A stretch of 63,439 bases of DNA, filler included, from Choristocarpus tenellus KU-1152 (GCA_964200185.2; 8 parts of 8 records of this genome joined end to end with filler, not necessarily neighbours in it); one strand, 5' to 3'; positions 25,263 to 39,513 are shown, counted from the first letter of the whole stretch. Notes: generated by a model from the letters alone, not told the origin. Program-made: numbers and translations.

Positions 25263-25929
25263 ATCCTGGAACAACTGTGGAGGTAAAGGACACCTTAAGA
25301 TCGTTTGTCGCCAGAGGAGAGCGACACTGTCTAGGTAAGCTGGTGACCTCAGCACAAGTGTCTTTCCAGCCTGAAGTCAAACTGCTGGAGTTAGTGGGGG
25401 AGCCAGAGCTAGACATACTGGGGGAGCCAGAATTTCATTACGACATGAACATGGATATGAGAGATGAAGAAGAGGCTTCCACAACAGGGAGCGAGACTGG
25501 AGGTGAGAGCCAAAACATTGGGCGTAGGGCTCAAGATGCAAAGCGCTCAACATCAACCCAAAACCAAGATATTTCTCCCAAGATAGGACAGAACCACTTT
25601 GTGTCAATCATGCAGCAGAACAACAAAGACATGTACTGCCTTATGGGTCTAATGGGGGAAGTAACAACAGGTGCAGGCAAAGTCATCTACAACCAAAGCG
25701 GCCTTGAGTGGGCCAAATGCAGATCAGCAGCAGGAGGCCATGGAGAAGGAAATATTAGGTTATGGAAGAAGGGGACTTTTGGCATTAAGTATATTCCAAC
25801 ACACAAGCAATTGGCAAACGTGTTAACCAAGTCTTTACGCAAGAGTTTCATTTCTGATTTTGTGCATTCTGTGCTTTCGCGTCGGGGGTGAGCTTTTGCC
25901 AGCAACTTTGCTGCACGCTCATGGGGGAG

Positions 25930-26331
25930 TGTGCAATATAGACTGATGGTCTATATGGCTTATACGTGTGTAATGAACACTACTAGACAACAAGAATGTT
26001 GGCTAAGTGGAACAAGTGTCATGGACTTGTGATCGTGTGCGAAAAGTAATGAGGTCGAATTTCAGATGGTTGATTTCTTATTGCCTGGTATGAATGGACT
26101 GATGGAGGAGTTCTTACATAGTACTAGCTACACAGGATAAGTGACATAATACGATGTAACGGCAGGACACGTTTTGATGTGTCAGATGATGAGTCAGCTG
26201 ATATATGTAGTAAACAATAGGATAATAAGAGAGAGGACCCCCCACCACCGAGGGCTGTGCTCACTCCGTTAATAAACATATCCATACCACACAAAGCAAA
26301 AATCTCTACTTGAATAGTTCTCTTTTGTATA
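25930..26331 (+). repeat. 3' LTR of Copia-2
   Basis: Follows the PPT; direct repeat of the 5' LTR. Confidence 0.9.
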
Positions 26332-26839
26332 GTCGTTACGTAGGCATCATGCAGGGTAACCACATCCGTTGTAATAATTTTAGTGAGGGCTTAGGAGGAA
26401 GCAAGAGGGAATCACTGACACTCTCTCATGGCCACAAAAGTCACTGAAAAAATAGTACCAAATACAATGACTTGAGAAGAGTCAGAAGAAAAAATATATT
26501 TCCTTGAGTCGGCCATGAGAGTGTAATAGTGTTACTTCTCCTTCAACCCTTGCTATTTCTGACCGGAGATTGGTGCGCAGTGAACGAGGAGTAACTGGAT
26601 GGAGCTCATGTCATCGGTACCTATCATATACTACTTCGTATATGTGAGGATTTAGTTTGTTGCTAATAGAGTAATAAACGTGGACAGAAGGATTCGCAGT
26701 TCTCTCCTGGTTGAGTGTAACACCGAGTTAACACCGTCACTGGCGAAAGTTGTTTTTTTACCACCAACAACATCGACTTACGAACTATCCTATGAATAGT
26801 AGTTTGACTAATGCCCTATTCGACATATTTGTAAGGAAT

Positions 26840-27085
26840 TTCAGTCTCTTGTTTCAGATATGTATGCCTCATGATACAACCATGTCAGAGAGAGCAACAT
26901 AGAGTGGGGAAACGTTTGGGCGGATCGTGTGGGATATGCATTCTGCTGACGATGTGGGTATTGCGCATATGTTCCAAGGCGGTTTGCCCAGGATGGTGAT
27001 AGTGATTTGAGGGTGGTCAGGTCAGTTGGGCTGACCACGTCTGAGTTGAAGACGGAGAACATGTGAAATTGACCTCCCAATACGG
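26840..27085 (+). mobile_element. RTE-clade LINE reverse transcriptase remnant
   Basis: Degenerate WDMHSADDVGIAH..GLPRMVIVI..GLTTSELKTENM, resembling the YADD region and the GLTVSEKKTETM motif. Confidence 0.65.
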
Positions 27086-27200
27086 CCACAGATATTATGG
27101 AGATCTAGACTTTGAGTCAGCATAACAAACCCTCTAAGATACTTTGGCTCTTCTCCTATATGGTTGTGTGGGACATTCTGCCAGGTCTAGTATATGAAGT

Positions 27201-27456
27201 GAGTGAAATTATCTTAGAGGGTACGAGTTTTGCCTTGTTTGTCCATTTGGGGCTTGGCTTCCGATGGGATTTTTTAATGACATGTTCCTACTCCAAAATG
27301 TTTCAGAGTAGATAAAATGTACACGTTATGAAAAGGTTGCCCGGAACAAAGATATTGATACTTCCGAACAAAGATGATAGCCAAAATTACATCAAAAAGG
27401 CAAAATTGAATTTTGGCCCCAAATGGACGCGGCTCTACCCTCAAGTACTTTGGCTC
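27201..27456. mobile_element. MITE family B, reverse orientation
   Basis: Nearly identical to 23384-23642. Confidence 0.9.
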
Positions 27457-28420
27457 TTCTCCTTTCAACCATGTGATCACATTCACCAAAGGGGGATCGT
27501 GAAGGGCTCCCATCTCTTCTCTCTTCTTCCATCCTCACACAAACAGCAGTCTAAATCTTCACATGTTATGAGCCTCGAAGGTTTGGAGAACACAACGTAA
27601 AGAAGTTACCCATCTGGACTGAACCACCAGGACGGTCAAAAGCGACCTAGACAACATGCAGATTATCTGTTATGGGTAACTTCGGTGGAAAGGGTCGTTC
27701 GACATTCTGCGACGAAAATACGTGGTCTCTGAACTCACGGAGACACCAACGGGACAGGAACGACCAGCGCACGAGCACTACGAGAAGAACGGCAGACTTC
27801 TGTGGTTTCTGCTGGTCCAAGCAACAAGAGGTTCCACAGCAGCGATCCGTAGAACGATAAGAACTCAGACGGCAGAGGAATAGGGATGGAATTAGAACGA
27901 GTCTAAGGAATCCGTGTTGAGGATGAGGTTCCCCTGCAAATTACCTCCCTGGAAGCACGTCTTAAGGACCTAAGGTGCTCGACAAGCGATGTTTTCCACA
28001 AACACTAATTCCTCCTACACTGCGTCTGGTTTTGCGAAAAGGCATCAATCATACGCTGTCCTATTAAGATGCCCTTGTCAAGACTGGATGTAAGAGTATG
28101 GAGGCCACTGTAAAATAATGGAGATTCCTGTTCGCTGGGTCAGTTGCACGCATGGGAAACGAAAAATTCCAAAGGTGTTGGTGTTTGGGAAGAACTGGTG
28201 GATGTGCCCCCAACACGTCCTCGAGAAGTTTGGAATCACGACCAAGGGATGGAGCTCAAGGGTAACCGATCAACAGAGATGGTGCGAGTGCGTAGTTGGT
28301 GTGACAACAACCGTCACGGCAGAGTAGCATTCCGAAGAAGTTGCTGATGCACGTCATGATCAAGCAGCAGCCAAAGGAACCCAAGAAGAGCAGGGCACAT
28401 GCACACTCACTACTCCCTAT
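27457..28420 (+). mobile_element. Highly degraded Copia remnant
   Basis: Possible LTR end ..CTTCACA followed by PBS-like GTTATGAGCC (~27565); integrase-like HDQGMELKG near 28237. Confidence 0.5.
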
Positions 28421-28598
28421 TGAAATATATATTTTACATCGTCTTTCTCTTTTGGGGTTAAATTATTATTTCCTCCCTCTTTCCCTTACTTTTTTCGTTT
28501 ATGCGAGAGGTGGTGATGAGTAGTGTTGTTTGTTAAAGTATCCCCAAAATCATCAAAGAACATAAAGGTGATAAACCTGGCGAGATTGCTTGGTGTCT

Positions 28599-28698
28599 NN
28601 NNNNNNNNNNNNNNNNNNNNNNNNNNNNNNNNNNNNNNNNNNTTAATTAATTAANNNNNNNNNNNNNNNNNNNNNNNNNNNNNNNNNNNNNNNNNNNN
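28599..28698. other. Artificial contig linker
   Basis: N44-TTAATTAATTAA-N44. Confidence 0.98.
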
Positions 28699-29330
28699 GT
28701 ATCGACATTTTGCCTCCTGTACCCTGCCACTGTGCACCTGTTTGAAAGGGCCTCCTCCCTCCCTAGGGATCTGGTGACTGTAAGCTTGAATTCTAGAGGG
28801 GGGATCTGGCATGCTGGTTCCGGAGGTTGTGTTGAGGCCCATGCGTTTGCCCCTTGTCCACACTGGCTCCGGTGGCAAGCTAGGGCCAATGAGGAGCTTT
28901 CCTTCCCTTGGTGCGCTTTGCTCAGTAGGCCGGCCAGTTGCGTCTTGAAGGAGTCAAAACAGATCCTGTTCAGGAGGCGTGTGATCTCATGTTGAGCCCT
29001 CCTTGTGATCCTGGCGTCATGAGCTGCCAGGATGTGCGCCTCTGGGGCAGGTGTAGGGGATGTTGTTCCCCCCCAGGTTACCCAGTCTTGGCCAAGATTT
29101 CTGCAAAGTCTTCTGAGGGGATACCTGTGGAAAGGAGGGAGTGAATGCATAATCCTAAAGCCTGTACTGTGAGGCTCATTCCAACAGCTTATGAGAAGGA
29201 CTCGCCATGAGGCCCTTGCTGCCTTGCTAGGGGGGTGGGGAGAGTAGCCACCAGTGATCCTACGAAAGCCGCATGTTGGCGGTGTTTCATGGAGGAGAGG
29301 CCTAGACCCCACATCCTTGTTCCAGACACA
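28699..29330 (-). mobile_element. CRE-like non-LTR retrotransposon fragment (post-RT region)
   Basis: RAQHEITRLLN..HRSQCGQGANAW..IPPLEFKL..RSLGREEAL..RC; homologous to 10612-10810. Confidence 0.75.
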
Positions 29331-30956
29331 ACTCTTCTTCCACAGTGTTGTTGTGGTTGTAAACATCCTTATTCTTAATTGTAATTCCCTGGAAATACTA
29401 CCAAGTGTAATTTCACCCAAGAATCAATTTGTCGGAACGCCATCATGATTTCTTCTCTCAATATGTGAATTGTCTTTATTCAGCTTTCTAGTTTATCGTA
29501 GTAGTCTTCCTGTATTGTATGAGAGATGTGAGGGCAACAACGAAGACAAAACATGAACTTCCAAGTCGTTGGAAACTTAAAGTTGTGTTTCCTGTCTACT
29601 ATTCAGAAAGAACGACAACATGAAAAATGATCATTTTGCATCATGATGTGGAGGTACAGGCGGCCTAAGACTCTTTTTAAGGGTTTACCATCATCCTCTT
29701 CCAGGCAGGAGGAAACAATATTTGCTTGTAACAGTCCGTTTCTCCCACTTGTAGCATCACAAAGACTCCAGCCACTGCATTACTGAAAATATTTTTTGAA
29801 ACTGCTGGAGACTTAATAATTTAGACCTGTGAATCGATTCAATATTGTCCTACGAGAATATGTGGAATGGGGTCGAAAGATTTAGCAGTTATGAAATGCT
29901 TTTCAAAAGCGACCTCTCTATTTTCGGTTCGATTAATCACAACAAGGATGATACTATGCTATGGAATCACTGCAACTCTCAACTCTAAAAATGGTAAATC
30001 AAAATATATTGTTATTGCAGCGATATATGCGTATCATTCACATTAGTCTGAGGGGTCCTGGATCCGTCATCTCAAGTCACCCAGAGGAAAGCAAAACACA
30101 ATGGTGGTGGAGAAAGTGCAACAACTACAGAAAAATATACTCCCAAGGCAGTGAAAGGAGAAGGAAAAAGGGAGGACTCAGTATAGCTATATTGATTAAC
30201 CAAGAGAAATCCAGTTGTTGAAATGGAAAGAAATTTAATTGATAAGACATGATGGTGCGCACTAGCAGTGTTGTCCCACACTGTAAGGTCTACCAGGAAA
30301 AGATAAAAAAGAAAAGAAAAATGAGTGAATGGTACACCCAGCCAAATCAATCCGAAGAAGACAACACTCACTCATCGGAAGAGGAAATGAATATCACGAG
30401 ACACAGGCTACTCTAGTTGTCTCGTAGTTGTAGATCGGGATCTCCACTAGGTTGCGGCTGCACTATATCACAATAATATCAGTTCAGACCGTTGTTATAA
30501 TATAGAGACATTTGGACACCTGGCATTGATTTTATACAAGTATTTGAACAGTACACAGTTTTTTGTGTCTCTGTTTGCGACACAACACTCCATGATGCGT
30601 CGTCACCAGTTGTGACATGTTGTGTTTCCACATATGTAGGACCTGTTATATTCCTTTGATATATACGGCATCAACTGTTCAGTGTTAAAGAATGCCTTGA
30701 GACACTGAGCAGTGTCCCAAACTGCTCATCCATCAACCTAAATATAGACGCTGCTTTGGGGAGTTTTTGAAATGACAGAAGGAGTTGACAAAACGGGGTT
30801 TTAGCTTTAAGGGGGTGCAAAAGGGAAAAGAGGGAAAAAAATCGACGCCTGTATGGAAGACCAATATATATGCAGTATCAGGTGACAGACGGTTTGACCT
30901 CTTAGGATCTGGGACTCTGTTGTATAACACACTTCATTCACTAATTTTTAACAGGT

Positions 30957-31136
30957 GGCTCAAAGTATCTGGGGGGGGGGGTGACGGCTGTCCATTTGGG
31001 GCCAATTTTTTCATGTCGCGATTTTTGGGTGATTTGGTTCCATACATTGGATGGATAGTGATAGTGCACTTTTCCTGGTTATGGCCCAAATGGACACTCT
31101 GGTGTAGACTCCCCCCCCCCCCAGATACTTAGGGTC
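30957..31136. mobile_element. MITE family A
   Basis: TIRs GGCTCAAAGTATCTGG / CCAGATACTTAGGGTC; TSD AGGT. Confidence 0.9.
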
Positions 31137-32246
31137 AGGTACCACCTTTCGCCCCATAACAAACATGAGTAGCCCATGTTTTAACATCCATTTGGTCCAC
31201 AAGATAGATGTTGGGCCCTATCCGGCACCGGGAGTCACTCCAGGTGCCATTCTCCGTGAGACAACAGGGAGCACTTCATAAAGCACAAAAATACCATCCT
31301 GTTTCCTGGCTAACCCCTCGTCACAAATATGACTACTTTGCTATATTAACCAGATTATCCAAATCTCTGGTCTGTACGTAGAAGATTGGCAATGGAAAGG
31401 GTGGAGGTGGTGGGGTGAATTCATAGAGGGTTGCTTGCATACAACAAGAAACGGCAAAGCAGGATATGGGATAGATGAAAGAATGGAAAAAAAGATCAAC
31501 TCTGTAAATTGCTCAAAAACAGAACAAAATCAGACTCAAAAATATAATTCTTTTCATTTTAAAAGTTCTTTTCCAGTAAGACACTGATCTTGAATATCCA
31601 GAGATGCTTCAAGGACGAAGGCACATACTACTCTCTCACAAAGCGGATTCTAGGCAAGTGTGGCACTTGTGGCGTATTTGATGTCATAGGATGGGAAAAA
31701 GAGCTTACGCAAGAGTGGCGTTTTAGGGAAGTTGTGAAGGCCGGTGTGCGTCGTGCTATAAAGCTGCAGCCAAGGCAGTCCAAGCAAATCATCATTGCAC
31801 ATGCACGCTCTTCACTGTCAGCTGAATGTCATTTTCTCATCGCTATTTTGTTGAAACGTTTGGCTGAATAATCCAACATACTCAAGTATGGATTGGCGAT
31901 GATGCGGTAGTTCAAGGTGAATGCCCTGTGAAGAGGCTGTCTTGTGAACCTAAGATTACCTAGCGCAACTAAGCACCGATTTATTCGAGTGTCATGAATC
32001 AGGTGTTGTGCTCTGAGAAGATGCTTGATGCCTTATGAGAAAGAGGATCAAGGATCCTTCGCTCTGAATATATATAAAATTCAAAACTATTTGAGTGTAC
32101 AAGAAAAGAGAGTGAAGTGTACCCTCATGCTCAGAGAATGCAAATTCCTCAAGTTATTGGCGCCCAATAAGGATGTGGCACACATGCATCTCAAGGAAAT
32201 AATCTACAACAACAAAGGTGATAGCTGCCCCCCCTATTTCACTCAC

Positions 32247-35200
32247 CTGCTTGCACATGGCCCAGAATATACTACCCTTATCTTTGAGGATATTGATCGG
32301 AGTGTCGTACTCCTTGATCTTGCCCTTGTCTAGCACGAGGACAGGATCATAATGTGCCACTGTGTGTAACCTTGGGATAAGAAAAAAAGGGAATAATACA
32401 CCCACAAAGAAAAAATAAAATAGAAAAATGCACATCAAGTATAGACAAATATGACGTACCAACAAACAGGTGTTCAGGTGGAGTAATAATGTGGTGCCAG
32501 CCACTACCTCGTCACCATAAGATAACAAGAACATGCGATGAGGTGGCCTGATGAGTGTGCGCAAGGTTACAGGCATGGAAAAACTGTGTAACCATAACAA
32601 AAGGAAATATCTTTAAGTGCAAGAAAAGTGGGGAACAAGTAACAATGTATGGTACAGGGCAGACCGATGAGTAATGAGATGTGCAGGACTAGTCCAGTTG
32701 AATTAAGTAAGACTATAAGAATGTATACATCTCAACTTGTTAAAAGGAAGTGATGCCCGTAAGACAAACCACCGTTTAAACGATGTGTTGAAGCACAGTG
32801 ATGTATTCTGTTGTAGTCACTTTTTATTGCACAGATCCACTGTCACCACTGAGCTGGTCAAGCCACAATGATCGATTCATCCACAATCTGACATGGACCT
32901 AAGTTCTCGTTTGGTATAATCATGCTCTACACATACAAGAGTACACCTGAAAAAAAGTAAATGAGATGATGTAAGCCCTCAACAAACCAAGTCGAGAAAT
33001 CAGCACAACAGCACCCATGACTCGAAATAAATATATCCATACCAATAGTGCAATTCACGAAGCACGAAACCAGTCACAACACACACTGACAAGAGCTCTA
33101 CTTGATCGATAGGATGTAAGGATCAGCACTTTTTTGCTCCTGCACTGTAAGAAAATTACGATGATGACAATACAACACATGTCAGGTCATGAGTCTATCG
33201 TCCCTCAATCCACCCTCACCTCACGATATCCTCCCAATTTACCGTCCCCACTTCATGCCCAGTCCCATAATCTCACCGGTGAGCTACACAGAGGATGGTG
33301 CAATCCTCAAACTCTTCCTTCATAGCCTCCTGGATTAGTGTTTCAATCTCCAGATCTTGATATTGGCAACAGTTGCATATTGACGAATTGTCGTAAGTCA
33401 TTGTGTAGTGTCCCAAATCAGGAAAACAAGTATCAGAATGTTGTGACAGGGCACAGCTATCATGCTCCCATGTGAGGGCAGCCATTGGAAGTATCGCAAA
33501 GAGAACCTACATTTTTTGCGTCACAGAACACACAGATAAGGTGGAGATTCGAAAGGGGATAGGGAAATTTTTTTGAAGGGTAGTTGGTTTGTCTTCCTTC
33601 TTGCAAGTGACCGCCTTGCCTCCAACACACAGACCGTATTGTGACTACTTGGTGGGATCTTCATTTGATTCATATCCTTGAATTGAAAGGAGACTGCATT
33701 TCTAAGGTTTCTCACCATATCATATATTGTCCCCCACACCTTGAAGACAACAGGGAAAATTGTTTCGACTAGTACTGCCTGGCCGACCTATATCATATGT
33801 GTTCCAATATATCTGTGTTGCAAATATATTTTTTAAAAGCGATCCCAGTCTGATGCCTACAAGCCAGCATGAAACCTTGTCAACCCCCTCTACTCTTTGC
33901 CCCGCTTGAAACTAATCATCACCCATTGAACCATAATATTTCAGGAAAGTATGAGCAGATATCTAATGCCCTACACTACTACCAAACAATCTTAACACTA
34001 GCTACCAACATTGGAGATAGCCTCATCCAACACCAGCACTGCCGCTTGCTCGAGTAGAGCCCGTACCATGCACATGAGCTGTCGCTGATCCATGGAGAGG
34101 TTGGATCCACCTGAGGAAACTTTGTGATATGCATCATATTTCACCAGGCCATACAAAAAAGCTTAGAGTTAAAGGCCAACGCAACCTATGTGAGAGTATC
34201 ACGTTAATGGAATTATTACGAAAACAATAATTTTCCAGTCTCCTTCCATGTCTGTGGATGTGGGTTGCGTAGATAGGATGAAGTGCGGGGAGATCTCGAC
34301 ATACAATAGAAATGGGGCCATTTGTAGAAATTGGAATATACTTGGAAAATACAAGCACTCCTATATTAATATTGCACTGCACTACTAGGATAACAACATC
34401 ATTCCACCTCACCTGGGTGTTGTAGCCTATTTGTTTGACTTGCGGTGAAGCTGTGGAGCCGGCACCTGTTCAGAGCATCCCAGATCTTACCATGAATGTG
34501 ATGCAGGGAGGCGGGGATGGTGATGGGGGGTAAGGGAAGATCGGTGAGGATGGAAAAATATACTGGGCAACTGGGACATGAGAGAAAGGATACGGACTCA
34601 TTTTTCTTGTCTTTTGAATGAGTGCAACACATAGTAGACTTCTTTCACTCGACCCGAACTGCCTCTAGGAATGTACATACAACCTCCCCCAACACAGTAA
34701 GAGTGTAGAGTACACCCACCATTCTCCACATATTCTTTACACTCAGGAAAGTAATGTCACAATTCTGCTGCTTAGGCCCACTTCTTTCACAAACCTCCTA
34801 TTTCAACAAAATTTACTTTGCACATGTACAGGGATGTGAAATTGTGCTCCACTATGCATCGAAGCATTTTTTGCCCAGCAAAATTAGAGTTTGTGACCAA
34901 AGAAACAAGTTAGGGTCAGCAGGTCAGCAGGTCAGCAGTATGTGTACACAATCACAATATTTCGGGTATAAAACTGTGATCCTATCTACATCCCTGTCTA
35001 TCTTCTTGCCATACAGCTGCAACATACTGCACTAAAACAAGATACAGTGTGCTCTCTATACTTTGATGCAAAAAAGAACAAGTACCTCATTCACTGGGAA
35101 CAACTATCCTAATGACCTATGATACCATAATTCACGTGTGCTTCTTCAGGTACATGAGAATCAGAGTGCTCATTCAAGGGGTCCACATTTCACCTGGTTT

Positions 35201-38200
35201 GCCATTACAGTAATAAAGACAGCAATGAGCATATTATCATAGCAGGAGTCATAGGGGAGGATATGGCAAAAGCATCACAGTGCAATCTGTGAGGGTGTTT
35301 TCTGCACAACAGAACCGCACAGTATTGGTCTATTGCATCACACAAAACGGGATGCGTGCATCAGTCCCCCTACGTCCACAGCCAAAGTAAGTTGGCCATT
35401 TTCCAGTACAAGTGTACATATACTAGAAGAGTGCTGCATCAGTAGTGGCTCAAAGTTTGTGTGGGGGGGTCATCAGCTGTCCATTTTGGGGTCCATTTTT
35501 CCGCATCGTGGTTTTTTGGTGATTTGGTTGCATGGATCGGATGGATAATGCAAGTGCACATCTCCTGGTAAGGGCCCAAATGGACACCCTGGTGTAGACC
35601 CATCTCCCCCCCCCTCCAGATACTTTGAGCCACTATGTGAGCCAGTGCATGATGCATTCCTCTGATGCTGATATGCCCCCCAAGCATCGTTGTAGCAAAG
35701 TGGTATTCTACAAGCTTTTGTCAAAGGAATATATACGCTAAAACCTAATCGAATAAAGGTTTTCATTGAAGGAAAATCTAGTCAACATGAGCTACATAGC
35801 AAGCACAATGGAAAGGTGTATTGTACCTTACTGCCTGTTGGCAACTACAAATAAGAATGTGGAATACCTGACTCACGGTGGGATGGCTTGATTGAGAGCA
35901 AGTGAGAACTGTAGAACAAGATTCAATGGAGGAGTAGTGCTAGGAGTAGTGGAGAATGACTGCACCAATGTGAGATAAAGTAAGAAAGACATGCAAAGGG
36001 CCATACATTTAGTTGTCATGAAATAGCTACCATCATTGTGAGAGAGGTTTTCGTGCAATGTCCAGAGCCTCTGCCCTCGCGAGGTCAAACTAGGTTCCAA
36101 GTCCCAAGGTACCGTGCAGAAAATAATCTATAATTAACCCTCCCTAGGGGAGATGCATATCATGATTCTCCAGGATACAAAAGATATCTCTGCTTGACAC
36201 AAGGGGCAAGCAACAACTGGAGTGACGAAACAAAATATACACTAAAAAAAAAGAGACACTACTTCTAAGATCTTACAAGTTAGATACACACAACGACTTC
36301 ACAGAAATAGACAAACACACATAGACACAAAGTGCACAACTGCTCTTGCCACCTGATGGTTCCCTCAAAGAGAGTTGGATCCTGCGGAATTATCGCCAAA
36401 CTCCTTCTCAGATCCTGAAGACCCATGCCCAAGATGTCCAACCCATCGATGGTTATGGAGGATCCAGGTTGCGGCTCTAACAACCAGTTCATTAGATACG
36501 TACACAATGTAAAAAAAAATACTGGTGTTACTACCAACTCTGGGCTAAGGCATAATCATCAGGAAGAGAAATGACTTTGTATTGTGCCATGCAAAAACAA
36601 TTGGCTTCCACGGGTATGGTCAAGAAGTAGGGACCACCAAGAAACGTATGAAGGTCTACTGTTTTTCCTGTGGCTAATGGCATTAAAGAAAGGGAACAAC
36701 GTTGTTGAGACCATGCATGGTCTGGGTTTCATATGTTCTGATGCCAAGTGATATGGCTTATTTTGGAAGGGGGGGAAAATATTGCATGGCCAGACTCGGA
36801 TTCATAGGGGTTTGATGCCAAAGTCCCACATCAATCTGACACTGACGCATTATCTATAGAATTATTCGTTGCACAACACTAATAGCGCAACTTAGGGAAT
36901 GGGAGAGGAAATATAAGGGCGATCATCAAAACCATACACCAGGGCATATGCAATTATGAGGACATGGTGGTCAAGTTTCCAATAAGAAGACAACGTTTTG
37001 AATGTTTGTTGCAACCAGGTTACCATACCTAACCCCATGCCCTGCTTAAGCCAGTGAGTGACGGAATAGGTAAAAACCTAGGTATAAGCCTAGACAATTG
37101 AACTGTCCCTACACTAATGGAGGCAATAAGATGGGTCTCGATGACTTGGCTGGAAAAATTAAAGTGAAATCTAAAATACATCGCTTGATGACTGGTAGAA
37201 ACTTGTATCCTACCCCCCCCTCCCAGTACATTATGCTGGCATACTATCAAGATATCACTGTGTATTGGAAAAAAAAGTTTCACGATCATAGTGCAGTTGG
37301 AGCCTTACACTTGACACTCTTCTCCTGCAACCCTTCTTCAAGTAGGTGGAGAATCAAACTCTATAACGAACAAAATGCTAGTGTCTCCGCAAGCTCACCC
37401 ATATACCTCCAAAACAGAAATATCATCTGCCAATCAACCACATACAACTACTCATGCTCAAGGCCCTTCACAAGAGTAAGCTGTTGCCAGCAGCACGATC
37501 CCAGACCCCAAACTAAGTGTGCCACCTGTCTGCCACACAAATATGGTAGAAATGCCCTATCAATCAAGACGGTCGTCATAGGACAACCATCCCAAACCCA
37601 TATACTTGACTACTAGAGCTCTAGAAGTCATCCTTTCACTCCTACATCAAAGTACACAAGGTAAGCAGAAATGTAACCCTGAACTTGGAAATGAATAACC
37701 ATACACACCAAGTAACCCCACCTCTTTGTCGCTCACCCGAACAAGGCGTTGGTGATGGACGATTTACCTGCCCCCGTGGATCCCAAAATGCCAACACGTG
37801 TGCGGGGGGGAACATGGAAGCTTATGCCACACCAGACGGGCTCAGTCGAGGAGTTGTACTAAAGTGGAAATGGTCACAACACAAGAACAAGTCAAGATAT
37901 AGCAGGAGGGATGGACAAGAGCAAGGCTTACCTGAAGTGCGCATCTCAGTCTTCCTAAAGCACTAAAACAAAGTGAACCTGAAAATTTTCCAGGCTCCTG
38001 CACTGATTGGAAATTTTAGCGGAGAGTGAACCATGAGGTCAGGACAAAAGCTGTACTATAGAAATTTAATGCAGTCAGATAATGTGTACGTCGAGAAAGG
38101 ACATCCTTTGTATATGCCAGTGCACTTTCATTCCATATTTGCAAGACAATTTCCAGATTGATTCTTGGTGTTGCCCGGGCCAGGGGGGTGGGGTGGGGAA

Positions 38201-39493
38201 GGAAAGGTTGGAGTTATGGCACTTAGTGAAGTATGGGAGATTCACCTTCAGTGTAAAATTCTCAATATGAACCTCCTCTTTGGAGGGCCACGAACCTAGA
38301 GGGCGTTTTTCTGGTACAACGGCAGCTTCTTCCTGAGGCAACTGGTGTGTGGTAACCGCAAGTCCAAAGGCAGTTCCAAGTCACGAGGTCTAGGTGAAGG
38401 GGAAATGGGGGGGTATTATCAATATCTGCTTCAATAATCACAATGGAATGGCCACCTCCCAGCCCATCACTATCCATGGTGCCTAAGAGAAGGGAGTCGG
38501 AAGTTATAATATACACTCTATAACAAGAGCAAATAGATCAACAAGCAAGCAAACTCTGGAACACATTTAATACTCCTCCCACTGCTCCAAGCAACCTTTT
38601 GTCCCAAATATATTCCTTCCCCTTTCCCGCTTGAATGACCCTTTACTACACAACAAACAAACAAGCGTAGACTACCAGAAAATAATGTTATTAATACTAT
38701 TACTGTAGGCAATAAAAAAAAATCCAACTAATTCACAGTAGTAGTAGCAGTGTAGTATGCTGTGCCTTGAAAATGAAACTTCACATATCAGGACTCAGAG
38801 AGAAGAAGCAGCAGCAATAAACGCGCAGATCGGTAGAGGAAAACAATAATTAACAATGTTTACAAATAAAACGCAAAAACAAAATGAGATGAATACAGGT
38901 GGGAGATAGGGAGTCACCAATGGTCCCAGAACCTACTGCAGTTTAATCAGGTCGTCCTCTTCTCTGTTCACACATGAATGCAGTTGACCAACAATCTCAC
39001 GATCTATATGGGGGTTAAATGGTAGGGATAGGATAAGATTCTTACCTACAGCAGATTTTCATCCCCGCACCCCACTTGTATTTCTTGTCAATACGCGCCC
39101 ATCTCACACACCCTCATTACATTGACCACATGTCTGGAACCCCCAGACTAGTGAAAAACAATCTCATCACAATTGCGGCAATAAAAATAAACGATATGCA
39201 AAGGCAACTACGTGAGATTGTCTCTGGAGTGAGATGACCACTGCCAGGAAGGGGGGAGTGTTCTTGAGTGGAGTGGGACATAATTGAGGGACGGAGCAAG
39301 CGATTCTCTACTTGAATGTTGGGAATGGGTTCATAACAGTTGTTAGTCCTGGGAGATGAGAGGATGAAGAGAAGGCAAAGGGGAAAATGGATGCCGAGGG
39401 GATGATGACTCCTCCTTAGCCTACATACCTTGCAGTACTCATCAAGGCGTTCAATGGAGTTGACACTCATGTCCATTTCGGCATAGAGTCGAG
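32247..39493 (-). pseudogene. ABCC/MRP-type ABC transporter, C-terminal part (end of TMD2 and NBD2), pseudogenised
   Basis: Exons 39493-39429, 38341-38246, 37858-37737 (Walker A GSTGAGKS), 36484-36353 ([14 protein letters not shown]; acceptor TG), 35193-35154 (in-frame TGA, then NVDP), 34485-34413, 34119-34006 (LSMDQRQ, VLVLDEA), 33355-33277 (VAHR), 32370-32247. Confidence 0.9.
35447..35631. mobile_element. MITE family A, intronic
   Basis: GGCTCAAAG...CCAGATACTTTGAGCC; no clean TSD. Confidence 0.85.
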
Positions 39494-39513
39494 CTGTGAA
39501 CACAATGTGGTAA

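Larger units (their letters stand above)
23827..26331 (+). mobile_element. Non-autonomous, internally deleted Copia LTR retrotransposon
   Basis: LTRs 23827-24221 and 25930-26331; TSD GTCAT/GTCGT; PBS GGTTATGAGCC; PPT ATGGGGGAG; degenerate gag with Zn knuckle (NCGGKGHLKIVC); RNase H C-terminus IKYIPTHKQLANVLTKSL. Confidence 0.9.
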
